From NCBI GenBank assembly GCA_963662795.1, contig OY759746.1, positions 1,184,001 through 1,248,000 of the forward strand: 64,000 bases of DNA, in the 5' to 3' direction. Made by a program: the position numbers and the translations under genes. Below the pieces are notes generated by a model. It was not told the DNA's origin. It ran no database searches and saw only the letters and a list, made by a program, of their open reading frames with translations. How positions within the stretch are numbered: the first letter of the stretch is position 1; each line of letters opens with the position of its first letter. Source of the stretch: Spirochaetia bacterium (lineage in GTDB: Bacteria > Spirochaetota > Spirochaetia > CADAEX01). Below, piece after piece: positions 9,435-19,813 of this stretch.

Positions 9435-12086
9435 ATGAGAGGCTTTTCGAGGAAAGCTGTTTTAAGCCTTATTAGTTTAGGACTACTACTTCTCCCCATC
9501 AATTCCTGCGGAAGGAAAGAAACTGCAGATGTTAAATCAACTTTGCCTAAAGAAGAAATTGCAATAGTACAGGTTAACGAAGTCATTAAGGATGTACAGG
9601 TTCTGACACCTGTTGCACAGCCGGAATATAAAGAAGGAATAATTACATTTTTTTCCGGAGATGTGTCTATCTTTGATGAAGGCAGCTGGTATGAAGCGGA
9701 AATCGGGGATTTTGTTACTGAAAAGAATTCGATCAAGGTTGAGTCTGATTCATATTGTGAAGTTCAGTTTGGAGAAACAGCAGTAATAAAACTGCAGGAA
9801 AACTCGGAAATCAACCTTGCGGTAATTGATCTGAAACCAGGTGAGGCAAATGTAAATCTCGACATGAAGCTGGGAAATGTTCTCTGCAAAGTACAGAAAC
9901 TTGCATCTGAAGAATCCTTCAAGGTTAAAACACAGACAGCAGTCTGCGGTGTAAGAGGCACAGAATTCTCTGTTACATCAGAAGCAGGAAAAGAAGCAGT
10001 TCTCGCTGTGAAAGAAGGGGCTGTAACAGTTCTTCCGAAATCGGTTGATGTAGAACAGCTAAAGGAAAAAGTCGCGGATAAAGGCGATGAAGTCTTAAGG
10101 GCTATTGAAAAAATTGAACAGGAAGCTCCCGTAGTACAGGCAAACGAGGAAGTTGCAATAAGCGAAAAGCTTGTAGCTGATACAGAAAAGAGTGTCGCCA
10201 GGGTAGAAACAATAGTTAACGAGATATCAAAGGAACAGACAGTTGCGGCAAAAGAAGAATCAATCAAAAAACTTGAATCTGCAATTGAGGAACAGCAGAA
10301 GGCTGTGGTAAAAACTGTTGAACCGCCTAAAGTAATGTCAGAAAAAAGCACTGAAAATCTTAAGCAGATAAATGACATGAAGCTTATCGCGCTTATCCCG
10401 GCTGCTCCTGCTGAGGCAGGAGGTAAACCTGAAACCCCGAAAACTCCGGTTATAAAATTATACAAGGTTGCGCTTGAAACAATAACAGACGGCGCATTTA
10501 TAGAAGCAAATGGAAGGCTGGTCGGAAAAAACAGTTTCTCGGGAATCTATCCGGAAGGAGAGGTAATCAGGTTTAATATTACCAGATCCGGTTATGAACC
10601 ATATGATCTTGAATTCAAGGTAACTGAAGCTACAGCAAAACTTTACAAAATAGAACTTAAAAAGAATCCTGAACCGGTACTTCCTCCCAGAAAGATCTCA
10701 ATTAAAACAGTTCCGTCAGACGCGGAGATTATTATAGACGGCAAAACCGCCGGAAAAGGCACCTATGAAGCGAACTGGGAAATCGGGCAGAGTGTTTCTT
10801 TTACTGTTGCAAAAACAGGCTATGCATCAAAAACTACAGACATCAAAATCGATGAAAAAACACCGCAGCTGCTGGAAATCATACTGTCCCAGACTGTAAA
10901 AAATATAAGTTTCACAGCTAATCCGCCGGACAGTGCTATCAGTATAAACAATAAAACAGCAGGTAAGGGTAAGGCAGCAATAGACTTTACCATAGGTGAT
11001 AAAGCAGTAATAACTGTTTCAAGAAACGGATATGAAAGCAAAACACTGCAGCTTGATATTACACCTGAAGCTTTGGATTCCTATAGTGTTACCCTTGAAA
11101 AGAAACCTGTCGAGGCACTGCATTCTCCATTCAGCAGCCCGGTTATCGGCAGGACAGCATATTCGGGCGGCAGAATATTCGCAGCGGACTCAGGCGGAAA
11201 TCTTTACTCATCTGCTCTTATGGGCGGAAATGAATGGAAAAAAGCAACAGCCAACAGTCCCAATGCAAATTCAGCTCCGGTTCCGGCAGGCAACTACCTG
11301 TTTTTTACAGGTGCAAAGGAAATGCTTGTCCTTGAAGCAGCAACCGGAAAGACATACAGTCAGATGCAGCTGGACCCGAATTCTGCCCATATGTTCGGAA
11401 GAAACATTGTCCCTTACAGGGACAGATTTATATATCCACGAAACGACTCCCTTCTTATAAGCACTTTCCAGAAAGGCTCTTCTGATGAGATAATTAAACT
11501 TCCGGCTGAATCCGGAATGACTCCAACAATCTGGAAAGATAAAATTGTAATTGCAGATATCGACGGTACAGTTAATGTAATTGACCCCTCCTCCAAATCT
11601 GTTATAACGAAAATCAAAACATCGGCCGTACAGACAATAGCACTTGATACTGTAATATTCGGAGACACAGGATTTTTTGCAAACAGAAAAGGCAGCGTTG
11701 CCTCTGTTGATTTGAAAAACGGCAAGTTAAACTGGGAATATCAGATCAGTGACACAAAAGTAAATATATTTTCTGACCTTTGTTACGGCGGCGGAAATCT
11801 TTTTATCTATTCAGGAAGCAAAATATTTGCTCTTGACATGCTTAAAGGAACAGAAGTATTCGCTCCGATCAGTGCATCGGCAGCTCCCGGCACTTCAGAC
11901 GGCAGGCTTTATTATGGAACAGCAGGAGGGAATCTGATTGAAGCAAACGCCGAGACAGGAAGAATCCTGAATACGGTAAATTTAAGATATGGGAATATTA
12001 CGACACAGCCGGTATTTGCAGAAAACAGGATTATAGCAGGAACATCTACAGGTAAAATTATTGTATTAAATCCTGCAGGATTCTAA
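9435..12086 (+). CDS. lipoprotein with FecR-like domain, PEGA repeats and C-terminal PQQ-like beta-propeller
   Basis: Lipobox PINSC; FecR signature TQTAVCGVRGTEF; PEGA-like repeats (TVPSDAEIIIDG, K/RxGY); propeller repeats (VDLKNGKLNW). Start moved to ATG 9435 after a GGGG SD. Confidence 0.8.
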   Translation: MRGFSRKAVLSLISLGLLLLPINSCGRKETADVKSTLPKEEIAIVQVNEVIKDVQVLTPVAQPEYKEGIITFFSGDVSIFDEGSWYEAEIGDFVTEKNSIKVESDSYCEVQFGETAVIKLQENSEINLAVIDLKPGEANVNLDMKLGNVLCKVQKLASEESFKVKTQTAVCGVRGTEFSVTSEAGKEAVLAVKEGAVTVLPKSVDVEQLKEKVADKGDEVLRAIEKIEQEAPVVQANEEVAISEKLVADTEKSVARVETIVNEISKEQTVAAKEESIKKLESAIEEQQKAVVKTVEPPKVMSEKSTENLKQINDMKLIALIPAAPAEAGGKPETPKTPVIKLYKVALETITDGAFIEANGRLVGKNSFSGIYPEGEVIRFNITRSGYEPYDLEFKVTEATAKLYKIELKKNPEPVLPPRKISIKTVPSDAEIIIDGKTAGKGTYEANWEIGQSVSFTVAKTGYASKTTDIKIDEKTPQLLEIILSQTVKNISFTANPPDSAISINNKTAGKGKAAIDFTIGDKAVITVSRNGYESKTLQLDITPEALDSYSVTLEKKPVEALHSPFSSPVIGRTAYSGGRIFAADSGGNLYSSALMGGNEWKKATANSPNANSAPVPAGNYLFFTGAKEMLVLEAATGKTYSQMQLDPNSAHMFGRNIVPYRDRFIYPRNDSLLISTFQKGSSDEIIKLPAESGMTPTIWKDKIVIADIDGTVNVIDPSSKSVITKIKTSAVQTIALDTVIFGDTGFFANRKGSVASVDLKNGKLNWEYQISDTKVNIFSDLCYGGGNLFIYSGSKIFALDMLKGTEVFAPISASAAPGTSDGRLYYGTAGGNLIEANAETGRILNTVNLRYGNITTQPVFAENRIIAGTSTGKIIVLNPAGF

Positions 12087-12112
12087 CCTTTTTATATCGA
12101 TTTTTATTTAAC

Positions 12113-12145
12113 GGCTGCCCCTCCTCATGAGGGGCGGCTTTTTTT
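12113..12145 (+). terminator. intrinsic terminator
   Basis: GGCTGCCCCTC-ctcat-GAGGGGCGGCT stem followed by a T tract. Confidence 0.85.
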
Positions 12146-12224
12146 CAGCCTGATGGTCAAGGCAAAGACATTTAGCACAATTTCGCTCCTTGAATTTGTT
12201 TTTTTTATATTTAATAATCCTTAT

Positions 12225-13868
12225 ATGCAGATGAAAAAAATTGTTTATTTATTTATTTCCCTACTCCTTTTTTTGACTGACTCCATCTCTGCGGGAGAAG
12301 CTAAATTTCCGGATAAACTGGTTATGAGCTTTCCTCCGTCCCTGATTGAATATAACCCCCTTTATACCTACTCATCCACAGAAGCACAGTTATACACTGC
12401 GATTTATGAAGGCCTTGTGTCCTATGATCCCTATACACTCAAACCTGTACCTGCAGTAGCTGAAAAATGGGAGATAAGCAGCGATAAAAAAGAATTTATT
12501 TTCACAATCAGGAAAGATGCCTATTACTGGGACGGAACAAATATTACAGCGGAAGATTTTCGAAAAAGCTGGCTAAAAATGCTCTCACCGGGAGAAAATG
12601 CGGAATATGCATTTCTGCTGGATGTTATAAAAGGGGCAGAAAAGTACAGAAAAGGAATAAAAACAGCGGCAGCACCGGACAATGTTAATGCCGATGACGT
12701 GGCCGCAGGTAAAAATACGGTATCTCCGGAAGCTGAAGTCGGGATAATTGTCCTTTCCAAATACAAACTTAAAGTAATTCTCAATACTCCGGCAGAGCAT
12801 TTTCTTAAGATATTGTGTCATCACAGTTTCGTCCCTGTACATCCGGCATTCCTCGATAAAAGAGACTGGTCAGACTTTTCATCTGCTCCGGGAAACGGCC
12901 CGTATTACATACTTAAGAAATCTCCTGAATCTATCCTGATGGTTAAAAATCAGCTTTACTGGGATGAAAAGAATGTTGAAATTCCCGCAATTGAAATATT
13001 ATTTATCGATGACCCTGATACAACGGCGAAAATGTTCAACAATAAAGAGATCCAGTGGGCGACAGGGAATTTTACAAGCGACTCTGTTGCGGATAAAAGA
13101 AATATTATATTCAACCCTTCATTCGCAACAAACTATTATTTCTTCAACTGCAGAATAAAACCATGGGATAACCCGGCAGTCCGCAGGGCATTACTCCTTT
13201 CAGCACCCCTTGAAGGAATAAGAAATAAAAACTTTATTTTCTTTCCCGCAGCTACTCTGGTTCCGCCTATCCCGGATTACCCTGAAGCGGCAGCATTTGA
13301 GAAACAGGACAGGGATAAGGCAGCAAAGCTCTTTAACGAAACAGGAGAAGAGTTACCCGAAGAGATAATAATCAAAATTCCTGAATCATTTGAAAGCAGG
13401 AGAACCGCATCACTGATGAAGGAATCCTGGGAAGAGTTTTTGAACATCCCGGTCAAAATTGAAGTTGTCAATTACCAGAATTATTACCAGGAACTTAAAA
13501 AAAATGATTACACCCTTGGGACTGTTTCCTGGATAGGGGATTTCCCCGATCCCTTGACTTTCCTGCAGATGTGGACAAGCGGAAGCAATCTCAATGATGC
13601 CGGTTTTTCAGATCCCTTATTTGACGATGATATTACAGCATCATTATCGTTATCCGGTAAAAAAAGATATGAATTCCTCTCAAGGGCTGAAAAGAAGCTT
13701 CTTGAATCCGGAGTGATATTGCCGGTCAGCTACTCCCCTTCCATCAATCTTGTCAGCACAGACGAACTGGCAGGCTGGTATCCAAATCCTATTGATATCC
13801 ATCCTGTGAAACATCTTAAATTCAGAAAAGCACAGGTACATCCGGGGCTGGTAAAAGCTGATAAATAA
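12225..13868 (+). CDS. oppA: oligopeptide ABC transporter substrate-binding protein (OppA family, orphan)
   Basis: YEGLV, PAVAEKWEIS, ITAEDF..SW, NGPY and WIGDFPDPLTFL motifs; signal peptide; no oppBCDF adjacent. Confidence 0.88.
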   Translation: MQMKKIVYLFISLLLFLTDSISAGEAKFPDKLVMSFPPSLIEYNPLYTYSSTEAQLYTAIYEGLVSYDPYTLKPVPAVAEKWEISSDKKEFIFTIRKDAYYWDGTNITAEDFRKSWLKMLSPGENAEYAFLLDVIKGAEKYRKGIKTAAAPDNVNADDVAAGKNTVSPEAEVGIIVLSKYKLKVILNTPAEHFLKILCHHSFVPVHPAFLDKRDWSDFSSAPGNGPYYILKKSPESILMVKNQLYWDEKNVEIPAIEILFIDDPDTTAKMFNNKEIQWATGNFTSDSVADKRNIIFNPSFATNYYFFNCRIKPWDNPAVRRALLLSAPLEGIRNKNFIFFPAATLVPPIPDYPEAAAFEKQDRDKAAKLFNETGEELPEEIIIKIPESFESRRTASLMKESWEEFLNIPVKIEVVNYQNYYQELKKNDYTLGTVSWIGDFPDPLTFLQMWTSGSNLNDAGFSDPLFDDDITASLSLSGKKRYEFLSRAEKKLLESGVILPVSYSPSINLVSTDELAGWYPNPIDIHPVKHLKFRKAQVHPGLVKADK

Positions 13869-13902
13869 CAGGATCACAGGTTCTCTTTCCCTTTCCTTAC
13901 CT

Positions 13903-13931
13903 TTGACTATTAAGTGATTTTTTAGTATAAT
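13903..13931 (+). promoter_or_regulatory. sigma70-type promoter of carD (probably leaderless)
   Basis: TTGACT-N17-TATAAT, 7 nt before ATG 13939. Confidence 0.7.
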
Positions 13932-13938
13932 ACAGGCT

Positions 13939-14448
13939 ATGTGCGTAACATCGGAAGATAATACAGATTTCAAAACCAACCAGCACATTGTATATCCAAT
14001 ACAAGGTGTTGGTCTGATAAGGTCCATAGAAAAGAAATCCTTTAAAAACAAAGAGATCCTTTACTACATAATTTACTTTGAAGTATCAGATATGACCGTT
14101 ATGGTGCCTGTTGATAAAGCGGCCCAGATCGGGATAAGAAAGATAGTAGACAGGGATGAATCAGAGGATGCTTTAAAAATAATATCGGAGAAGGATGAGC
14201 CTCTTACAACTGACTGGAAACTCCGCTATCAGATTAATCTTGATCTGCTGAAAAAAGGGACAATCGGTGATATTGCCAAGGTTGTAAGATCACTTTACCA
14301 CAGAAGCAAGCAGAAAGAACTTCCCATACTGGAACGAAAATTATTTGATAACGCAATAAAACTATTGATTGATGAAATAGCATATTCTCTTGAGAAATCA
14401 AAAAGTGAAAGTGAACAGCTTATTTTCAGTAAACTTGAGATTGAATAA
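13939..14448 (+). CDS. carD: CarD family transcriptional regulator
   Basis: VYPIQGVGLI, VMVPV..A..IGIR and DWKLRY motifs; carD-ispDF synteny. Confidence 0.92.
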   Translation: MCVTSEDNTDFKTNQHIVYPIQGVGLIRSIEKKSFKNKEILYYIIYFEVSDMTVMVPVDKAAQIGIRKIVDRDESEDALKIISEKDEPLTTDWKLRYQINLDLLKKGTIGDIAKVVRSLYHRSKQKELPILERKLFDNAIKLLIDEIAYSLEKSKSESEQLIFSKLEIE

Positions 14449-14450
14449 TT

Positions 14451-14613
14451 TTAAGGGCACCTCTAAAAACTCTATTTTTTCCGCTAACGAAAAAAATAAT
14501 TCTTCACTCCAGCGGCCTTTAGCTGCCCTGTCTGCTCCGGATTTTATAAAATCCGGGATAAAGGGCCAGTCGAACCGAACCCTGCGTATGCGCAGGGACA
14601 GAGGTCCCCTTAA
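14451..14613. mobile_element. putative MITE copy A (155-bp core 14455-14609 plus TTAA flanks)
   Basis: Terminal inverted repeats GGGCACCTCT/AGAGGTCCCC, flanking TTAA direct repeat, three internal hairpins; about 77% identical to 36961-37112 by manual alignment. Confidence 0.7.
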
Positions 14614-15807
14614 ATGAAAAAATCCATATTTGCCCTGATAACTGCTGCCGGAAAAAGCAGCAGGATGGGCGGGATAAAAAAAGAGCTTATCAAAATTGGT
14701 GAAAGACCATTATTATACCATACAGTTCTCCATTTCCTTGAAAACTGCCGGATCAGCAGAATTTTCATAATCTGCAGCAGCGGTATGGAAACAGAATTCA
14801 AAAAAGCATTAAAAGATTTGCCGGCTTTCCTTGATAAACCTGAAATCATATATGTAACTGGCGGAGATTCGAGGCAGGCCTCTGTATTTGCAGGATTAAA
14901 AGCAATGAGCAGCCTGAAACCTGATATTGTTCTGATACACGACGCGGCGCGTCCGTTTGTATCAGAAAAAATAATAAACAGTGTTATTGACGGTACAATT
15001 GAGTATGGGTCCTGCGCTCCTGTAATTCCTCTCATAGATACTGTTAAGGCAATTGACAGCAATGTTATCACTGCACATCCGGCCAGATCAGACTTTAAAG
15101 CCATACAGACGCCTCAGGGATTTATATTTACTGCCATACTTGAAGCACACAAAAAAGCATCAGAGCACAGCTGCACATATACAGACGATACAGAAATTTA
15201 CTCGCTTGACCACGGCATGGTATATACTGTAGACGGTGAAAAAGAGAATATCAAGATTACATACCCTGATGATATAAAGAACAGTAATTGTGAAAAAAAT
15301 CACAGGAGAGGTTTCATGGATCAGATAAGAATCGGGCATGGGTATGATATACACAGACTTGCGTTTGATAATTCTCTTGTAATCGGAGGGGTAAAAATTG
15401 AATATGAAAAAGGGACAATAGCCCATTCAGACGGCGATGTCCTATATCATTCCATAATTGATTCGCTTCTCGGAGCAGCCGGGGCAGGAGACATAGGAAC
15501 TCATTTCCCCCCATCAGATCCTCAATATAAAAATATCGACAGTTCAATTCTGCTGGGGAAAGTATATAAAATCATCAGGGAAAGGGGCTATGAGGTTGTC
15601 AACATTGACTCAACCATTATCCTTGAAAAACCTAAACTTGGTAAATATATAAATTCAATCAGAGAAAATATTTCCGTGCTGCTCATGACAGATATTGATG
15701 CAATTTCTGTCAAGGCAAAGACAAAAGAAGAATGCGATGCAACCGGAAAATCAGAAGCAATAGAAGCCTTCACAGCGGTGCTTCTGAAAAAAAAGACTGC
15801 CCTTTAA
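14614..15807 (+). CDS. ispDF: bifunctional MEP cytidylyltransferase / MEcPP synthase
   Basis: IspD motifs AAGKSSRMG, GGDSRQASV, IHDAARP, QTPQGF, NIKITYPDD; IspF motifs RIGHGYDIH, HSDGDV, GDIGTHFP. Confidence 0.95.
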   Translation: MKKSIFALITAAGKSSRMGGIKKELIKIGERPLLYHTVLHFLENCRISRIFIICSSGMETEFKKALKDLPAFLDKPEIIYVTGGDSRQASVFAGLKAMSSLKPDIVLIHDAARPFVSEKIINSVIDGTIEYGSCAPVIPLIDTVKAIDSNVITAHPARSDFKAIQTPQGFIFTAILEAHKKASEHSCTYTDDTEIYSLDHGMVYTVDGEKENIKITYPDDIKNSNCEKNHRRGFMDQIRIGHGYDIHRLAFDNSLVIGGVKIEYEKGTIAHSDGDVLYHSIIDSLLGAAGAGDIGTHFPPSDPQYKNIDSSILLGKVYKIIRERGYEVVNIDSTIILEKPKLGKYINSIRENISVLLMTDIDAISVKAKTKEECDATGKSEAIEAFTAVLLKKKTAL

Positions 15808-15819
15808 AAAGAACAGCCT
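15787..15819 (-). terminator. intrinsic terminator of the fusA-ATPase transcript
   Basis: Minus strand AAGGCTGTTC-loop-GGGCAGTCTT (10 bp including G-U pairs) followed by a U tract. Confidence 0.6.
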
Positions 15820-15844
15820 TCCTTAATAAAATAAAAATATCCTA

Positions 15845-16558
15845 TTATAATAATTCAGATTCCATAATCAGAAGTGTCTTGGGGTCAAGAAAAAGATGTC
15901 TTTCCGGGGTGATGATTTCATCACGGTCCTTGACAACATCCATTCTTATGTTTTTTTCATCATATTTCAATGTGATCAGGACATCAATTACATCTAAAAG
16001 ATCTGCAAGTTCATAGGGAATTCCATTTTCATCAAATGTAAGATCATTCTTTTTAAGCGATGCGCTTACCCATACTTCAATATTTAATTTTTTTGCAAAT
16101 TCCTTGACTTTTTTCAAGCCGTCAAAGCTCATCTGTTCAATCTCAAAACCATCCACAATTACCGCATCCGCCTTGAAATTACCGCCGACAATCATTGCTT
16201 CAAGGCTTTTAAGTATCTGTGTAATATCAATCTCTTTTTGGTTGAAATTCATTATTACCCTGTTGCGGATAATTTCATCATGAATTGAAAGAGCATTTTC
16301 AAGATTTCTCTTCTTGGAAATTTCGTTAAAAATATCTTCATACCAGCTTATAATATGATCTGTTCTTTTGGAAAATGAAACATGGATTACGTTTCTTTCG
16401 CGGAAGAGTTTATCTGTTGCTATATGCACAAGACACGCAGTTTTCCCCACCCCTTTTTTGGAAGCAACAAAAGCAATATTGCCTTTGCCAAGCCCGCCAT
16501 TGATAGACTTCTCAAGTATTCTCAATGGACTTCTCTGTATAAGTTCCGACTTAACCAT
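15845..16558 (-). CDS. RecA-superfamily (KaiC/DnaB-like) ATPase of unknown function
   Basis: GGLGKG, Walker A ASKKGVGKT, Walker B AVIVDG. Confidence 0.8.
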   Translation of the reverse strand: MVKSELIQRSPLRILEKSINGGLGKGNIAFVASKKGVGKTACLVHIATDKLFRERNVIHVSFSKRTDHIISWYEDIFNEISKKRNLENALSIHDEIIRNRVIMNFNQKEIDITQILKSLEAMIVGGNFKADAVIVDGFEIEQMSFDGLKKVKEFAKKLNIEVWVSASLKKNDLTFDENGIPYELADLLDVIDVLITLKYDEKNIRMDVVKDRDEIITPERHLFLDPKTLLIMESELL

Positions 16559-16610
16559 TAAAGCTCTCCTCAGTTTTAATAATACTACATTAACAATTAG
16601 CTGACTATCT

Positions 16611-18683
16611 TTATTTCTTTTCCTGATACTTCTTGATCAGTTCTTCAGCTATATTTTTCGGGACTCTGCCGTATTTCAAAAATTCCATTGTAAACTCGGC
16701 CTTACCCTGGGTAAGAGACCTGAGTGTTGTTGAGTATCCGAACATTTCTGACAGGGGAACTTCCGCTTCTACCTGTGAATTATTTCCGTCTTCAACAGAA
16801 CTGACAATTACACCCCTTCTCTGGTTCAGGCTTCCGAAGACATTTCCCTGAAATTCACTGGGTCCCTCAACTGTTACCTTCATAACAGGTTCAAGTATTT
16901 CAGGAGCAGCTTTAGGGTAAGCCTGCCTGAAAGCGCCTATTGCGGCGGATTGGAAAGCCATATCAGATGAGTCAACGGAATGGGACTGCCCGTCGTTGAT
17001 TGTTACCTTTACTCCGACAATAGGGAAACCAAGAAGCGTCCCTTTTTTTACAGCTGCCTTAAAACCCTTGTCACAGGCAGGAATGTATTCTGTTGGAATC
17101 TTTCCTCCCTTTATTTCATTGACAAACTCGTAAATACCTTCTGTCAGCGGTTCTACCCAGCCTACAATCTTTCCGTACTGTCCGGAACCTCCGCTCTGTT
17201 TCTTGTGGGTATAATCAAAATCCGCCCTCTTTGAAATTGTTTCCCTGTAGGCTACCTGGGGCATACCTGTCTTTACTTCAGCTTTATATTCCCTCTTCAT
17301 TCTCTCTACATAGACATCAAGGTGAAGTTCTCCCATTCCCTGGATTATTGTCTGATTTGATTCATCATCAACATAAGACCTGAAAGTAGGATCTTCCTTG
17401 GAAAATCTGTTAAGAGCTTTGGACATATTGTCTGCAGATTTTTTATCAACTGCTTCAATTGATAATGAAATAACAGGTTCCGGTACATACATGGAAGTCA
17501 GCGAGTAATTAAACCCTGGCCTTGTAAATGTATCACCCGACGCGCAATCTATCCCGAAAAGGGCAACTATATCTCCGCAGTCTGCTTCAGTAATATCTTC
17601 CATATTGTTGGAATGCATCCTGATAAGTCTTCCTACCTTGAATTTTTTCCTTGTCCTTGTATTATAAAGCTCATCCCCCTTTTTGATTGAGCCCTGGTAT
17701 ATTCTTATATATGTAAGCTGGCCATACTGCCCGTCTTCAAGCTTGAAAGCAAGAAGAACCGGAGTCGCAGATGGATCTGACTTAAGCGGGACCTCTTTTT
17801 CATTATCATCAAGATCAAGTACAAAATTGTTTACATCTTCAGGTGCAGGCAGATACTGAAGGACAGCATCAAGCAGTGTCTGAACACCCTTGTTTTTATA
17901 TGCCGAACCCATAAAGACAGGAACAATTTCCCTTGAGATAACACCTTTACGCATTGCATTTTTCAGCATTTTTTCAGGGATTTCTTTCCCATCAAGGTAA
18001 AGCTCCGCAAGTTCATCTGAAAACATGGATAAAGCATCCAGAAGTTCTTCCCTCTTTTTATCCGCTTCTGCCTTAAGCTCAGCAGGAATATCCCTTTCTA
18101 CGACATCAAGCCCGTCGTTTCCCTCAAAATAGACCGCCTTCATTTTCACAAGATCTACGACACCAATATGCTTATCTTCAAGACCGATAGGAATTTGTGC
18201 CAGAACCGCGTTAAGGCCCAGTTTTTCAACAAGCTGTTCCTTTACCTTGTAAGGATTTGCGCCTGTTCTGTCGCATTTATTGATAAATGCCAGCCGCGGT
18301 ACATTGTATCTTTTAAGCTGCCTGTCAACAGTAATAGACTGAGACTGCACACCGCCGACTGAACAGAGAACCAGAACCGCGCCGTCAAGCACCCGCAGTG
18401 CCCTTTCTACTTCGACAGTAAAGTCAACATGGCCCGGAGTATCAATCAGATTGATTGGAGTTCCTTTCCAGTCTACGCTTGTTGCGGCGGATGCTATTGT
18501 AATTCCTCTTTCCTTTTCAAGTTCCATGGAATCCATGGTTGCTCCGACACCGTCTTTGCCCCTGACTTCATGGATGGCATGTATTTTATTACAGTAAAAA
18601 AGTATTCTCTCAGAAAGAGTTGTTTTCCCTGAATCAATATGCGCACTTATACCGATGTTTCTTAGTTTTTTTTCCAAACTCAT
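16611..18683 (-). CDS. fusA: elongation factor G (spirochaete/mitochondrial EF-G1 type)
   Basis: [49 protein letters not shown]; not in an rpsL-rpsG operon. Confidence 0.97.
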   Translation of the reverse strand: MSLEKKLRNIGISAHIDSGKTTLSERILFYCNKIHAIHEVRGKDGVGATMDSMELEKERGITIASAATSVDWKGTPINLIDTPGHVDFTVEVERALRVLDGAVLVLCSVGGVQSQSITVDRQLKRYNVPRLAFINKCDRTGANPYKVKEQLVEKLGLNAVLAQIPIGLEDKHIGVVDLVKMKAVYFEGNDGLDVVERDIPAELKAEADKKREELLDALSMFSDELAELYLDGKEIPEKMLKNAMRKGVISREIVPVFMGSAYKNKGVQTLLDAVLQYLPAPEDVNNFVLDLDDNEKEVPLKSDPSATPVLLAFKLEDGQYGQLTYIRIYQGSIKKGDELYNTRTRKKFKVGRLIRMHSNNMEDITEADCGDIVALFGIDCASGDTFTRPGFNYSLTSMYVPEPVISLSIEAVDKKSADNMSKALNRFSKEDPTFRSYVDDESNQTIIQGMGELHLDVYVERMKREYKAEVKTGMPQVAYRETISKRADFDYTHKKQSGGSGQYGKIVGWVEPLTEGIYEFVNEIKGGKIPTEYIPACDKGFKAAVKKGTLLGFPIVGVKVTINDGQSHSVDSSDMAFQSAAIGAFRQAYPKAAPEILEPVMKVTVEGPSEFQGNVFGSLNQRRGVIVSSVEDGNNSQVEAEVPLSEMFGYSTTLRSLTQGKAEFTMEFLKYGRVPKNIAEELIKKYQEKK

Positions 18684-18890
18684 TTATAAATACCTCTTGT
18701 CTCCAAATAAAAAATATATCTCGCACCGTTAATACGGATTTTTTTCCATCAAAACCCAATTTATCACGTGTAGTAATAATAATCACCTGTCAGGAATGAT
18801 AATAAAGGCCTGCTTAAGATTTTCAGTTAGAGATATTATATTTATTTTCCTGAAAATTCAATACCGCAGGGCTTTATGGATAAATATTTT

Positions 18891-19766
18891 CTAATAAGAG
18901 CTGAAATATGTATTTATAATAAGGGCGACTTTGCCCTTTGTAATTTTCATCCCTTTACTGCGGGCTTCTTCATATACTTCATCAACTGTAGCAGAAGAAC
19001 GTCTGGTTTTTATTTCAATTATTGAATCTATATCATTCTGAGGTATGGGCTCTTTACTACCATAAATACCTTTTCGCGTAACCGCGATATATGCATATCT
19101 GAGAGCATCAAAATCGGAAAGCAGTTTTTTGTGTTCAGCAGACAGGGACTCGAGATCTTTCCTGAGTCTGTCAATTTCTCCATCCTGCCCTGCATCTTTA
19201 ACATTGATGTCCGAAATCTGTTTTATAATGAATTCAGGATCATGGGCAGCAATATACCTGACAGGGTCAGCAACAGCTTCATCAACAGCTTTCAACAAAA
19301 GGTCAGGTCCGTAATACTGTCCTCTTATTCTGATAAAATAATTATCTTTTACTACCCTGAAATCATACATAGTATAATCAGTGTGTATAAAGGTAATTCC
19401 CGCCGGAAGATATGGTGTCAGCTCAGAATCGTTATAGGTGAGAGAACCGGGAATAACATTTATCTCAATACCGTCTTTTTTAAAGATCAGCTTTACTGAT
19501 TTGGCCGTCAATGTACTCCAGTTAAAGATTTCATCTGCGAATATTTTCAGAGTTCTTCTTTCACTGTCGCCAGGTGTGCCTTCCAGAATTATTGAGACAT
19601 CAGCGTCTCCGCCCTGATAATTAACCCTGTATATATTAAATGAGCCTTCTTTTCCGGTCTGGCTGAATGTTATATTATTAAAATCAGGCGCCCTGTCTTG
19701 CGCAAATACAGATATAGTACCCAATATTAAAAACGCCAATGCCATTATCTTTATTTTTTTCAGCAT
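18891..19766 (-). CDS. hypothetical exported protein
   Basis: Signal peptide MLKKIKIMALAFLILGTISVFA after an AGGAG SD; short coiled coil near the C-terminus. Confidence 0.7.
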   Translation of the reverse strand: MLKKIKIMALAFLILGTISVFAQDRAPDFNNITFSQTGKEGSFNIYRVNYQGGDADVSIILEGTPGDSERRTLKIFADEIFNWSTLTAKSVKLIFKKDGIEINVIPGSLTYNDSELTPYLPAGITFIHTDYTMYDFRVVKDNYFIRIRGQYYGPDLLLKAVDEAVADPVRYIAAHDPEFIIKQISDINVKDAGQDGEIDRLRKDLESLSAEHKKLLSDFDALRYAYIAVTRKGIYGSKEPIPQNDIDSIIEIKTRRSSATVDEVYEEARSKGMKITKGKVALIINTYFSSY

Positions 19767-19813
19767 ACTATTAACTCCTGTTAACTCCCCGGCCGCTGAT
19801 TCTTTCAATTTAA

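Noticed and set aside
12655-12740. Low-complexity in-frame insert in OppA (similar linkers in RlmKL, CitC and the hybrid kinase)
   Set aside because: No similarity to the MITE or to each other, and no intein motifs; ordinary variable loops.
18684-18890. Long fusA upstream region as a possible regulatory leader
   Set aside because: No convincing stem, terminator or leader peptide was visible.
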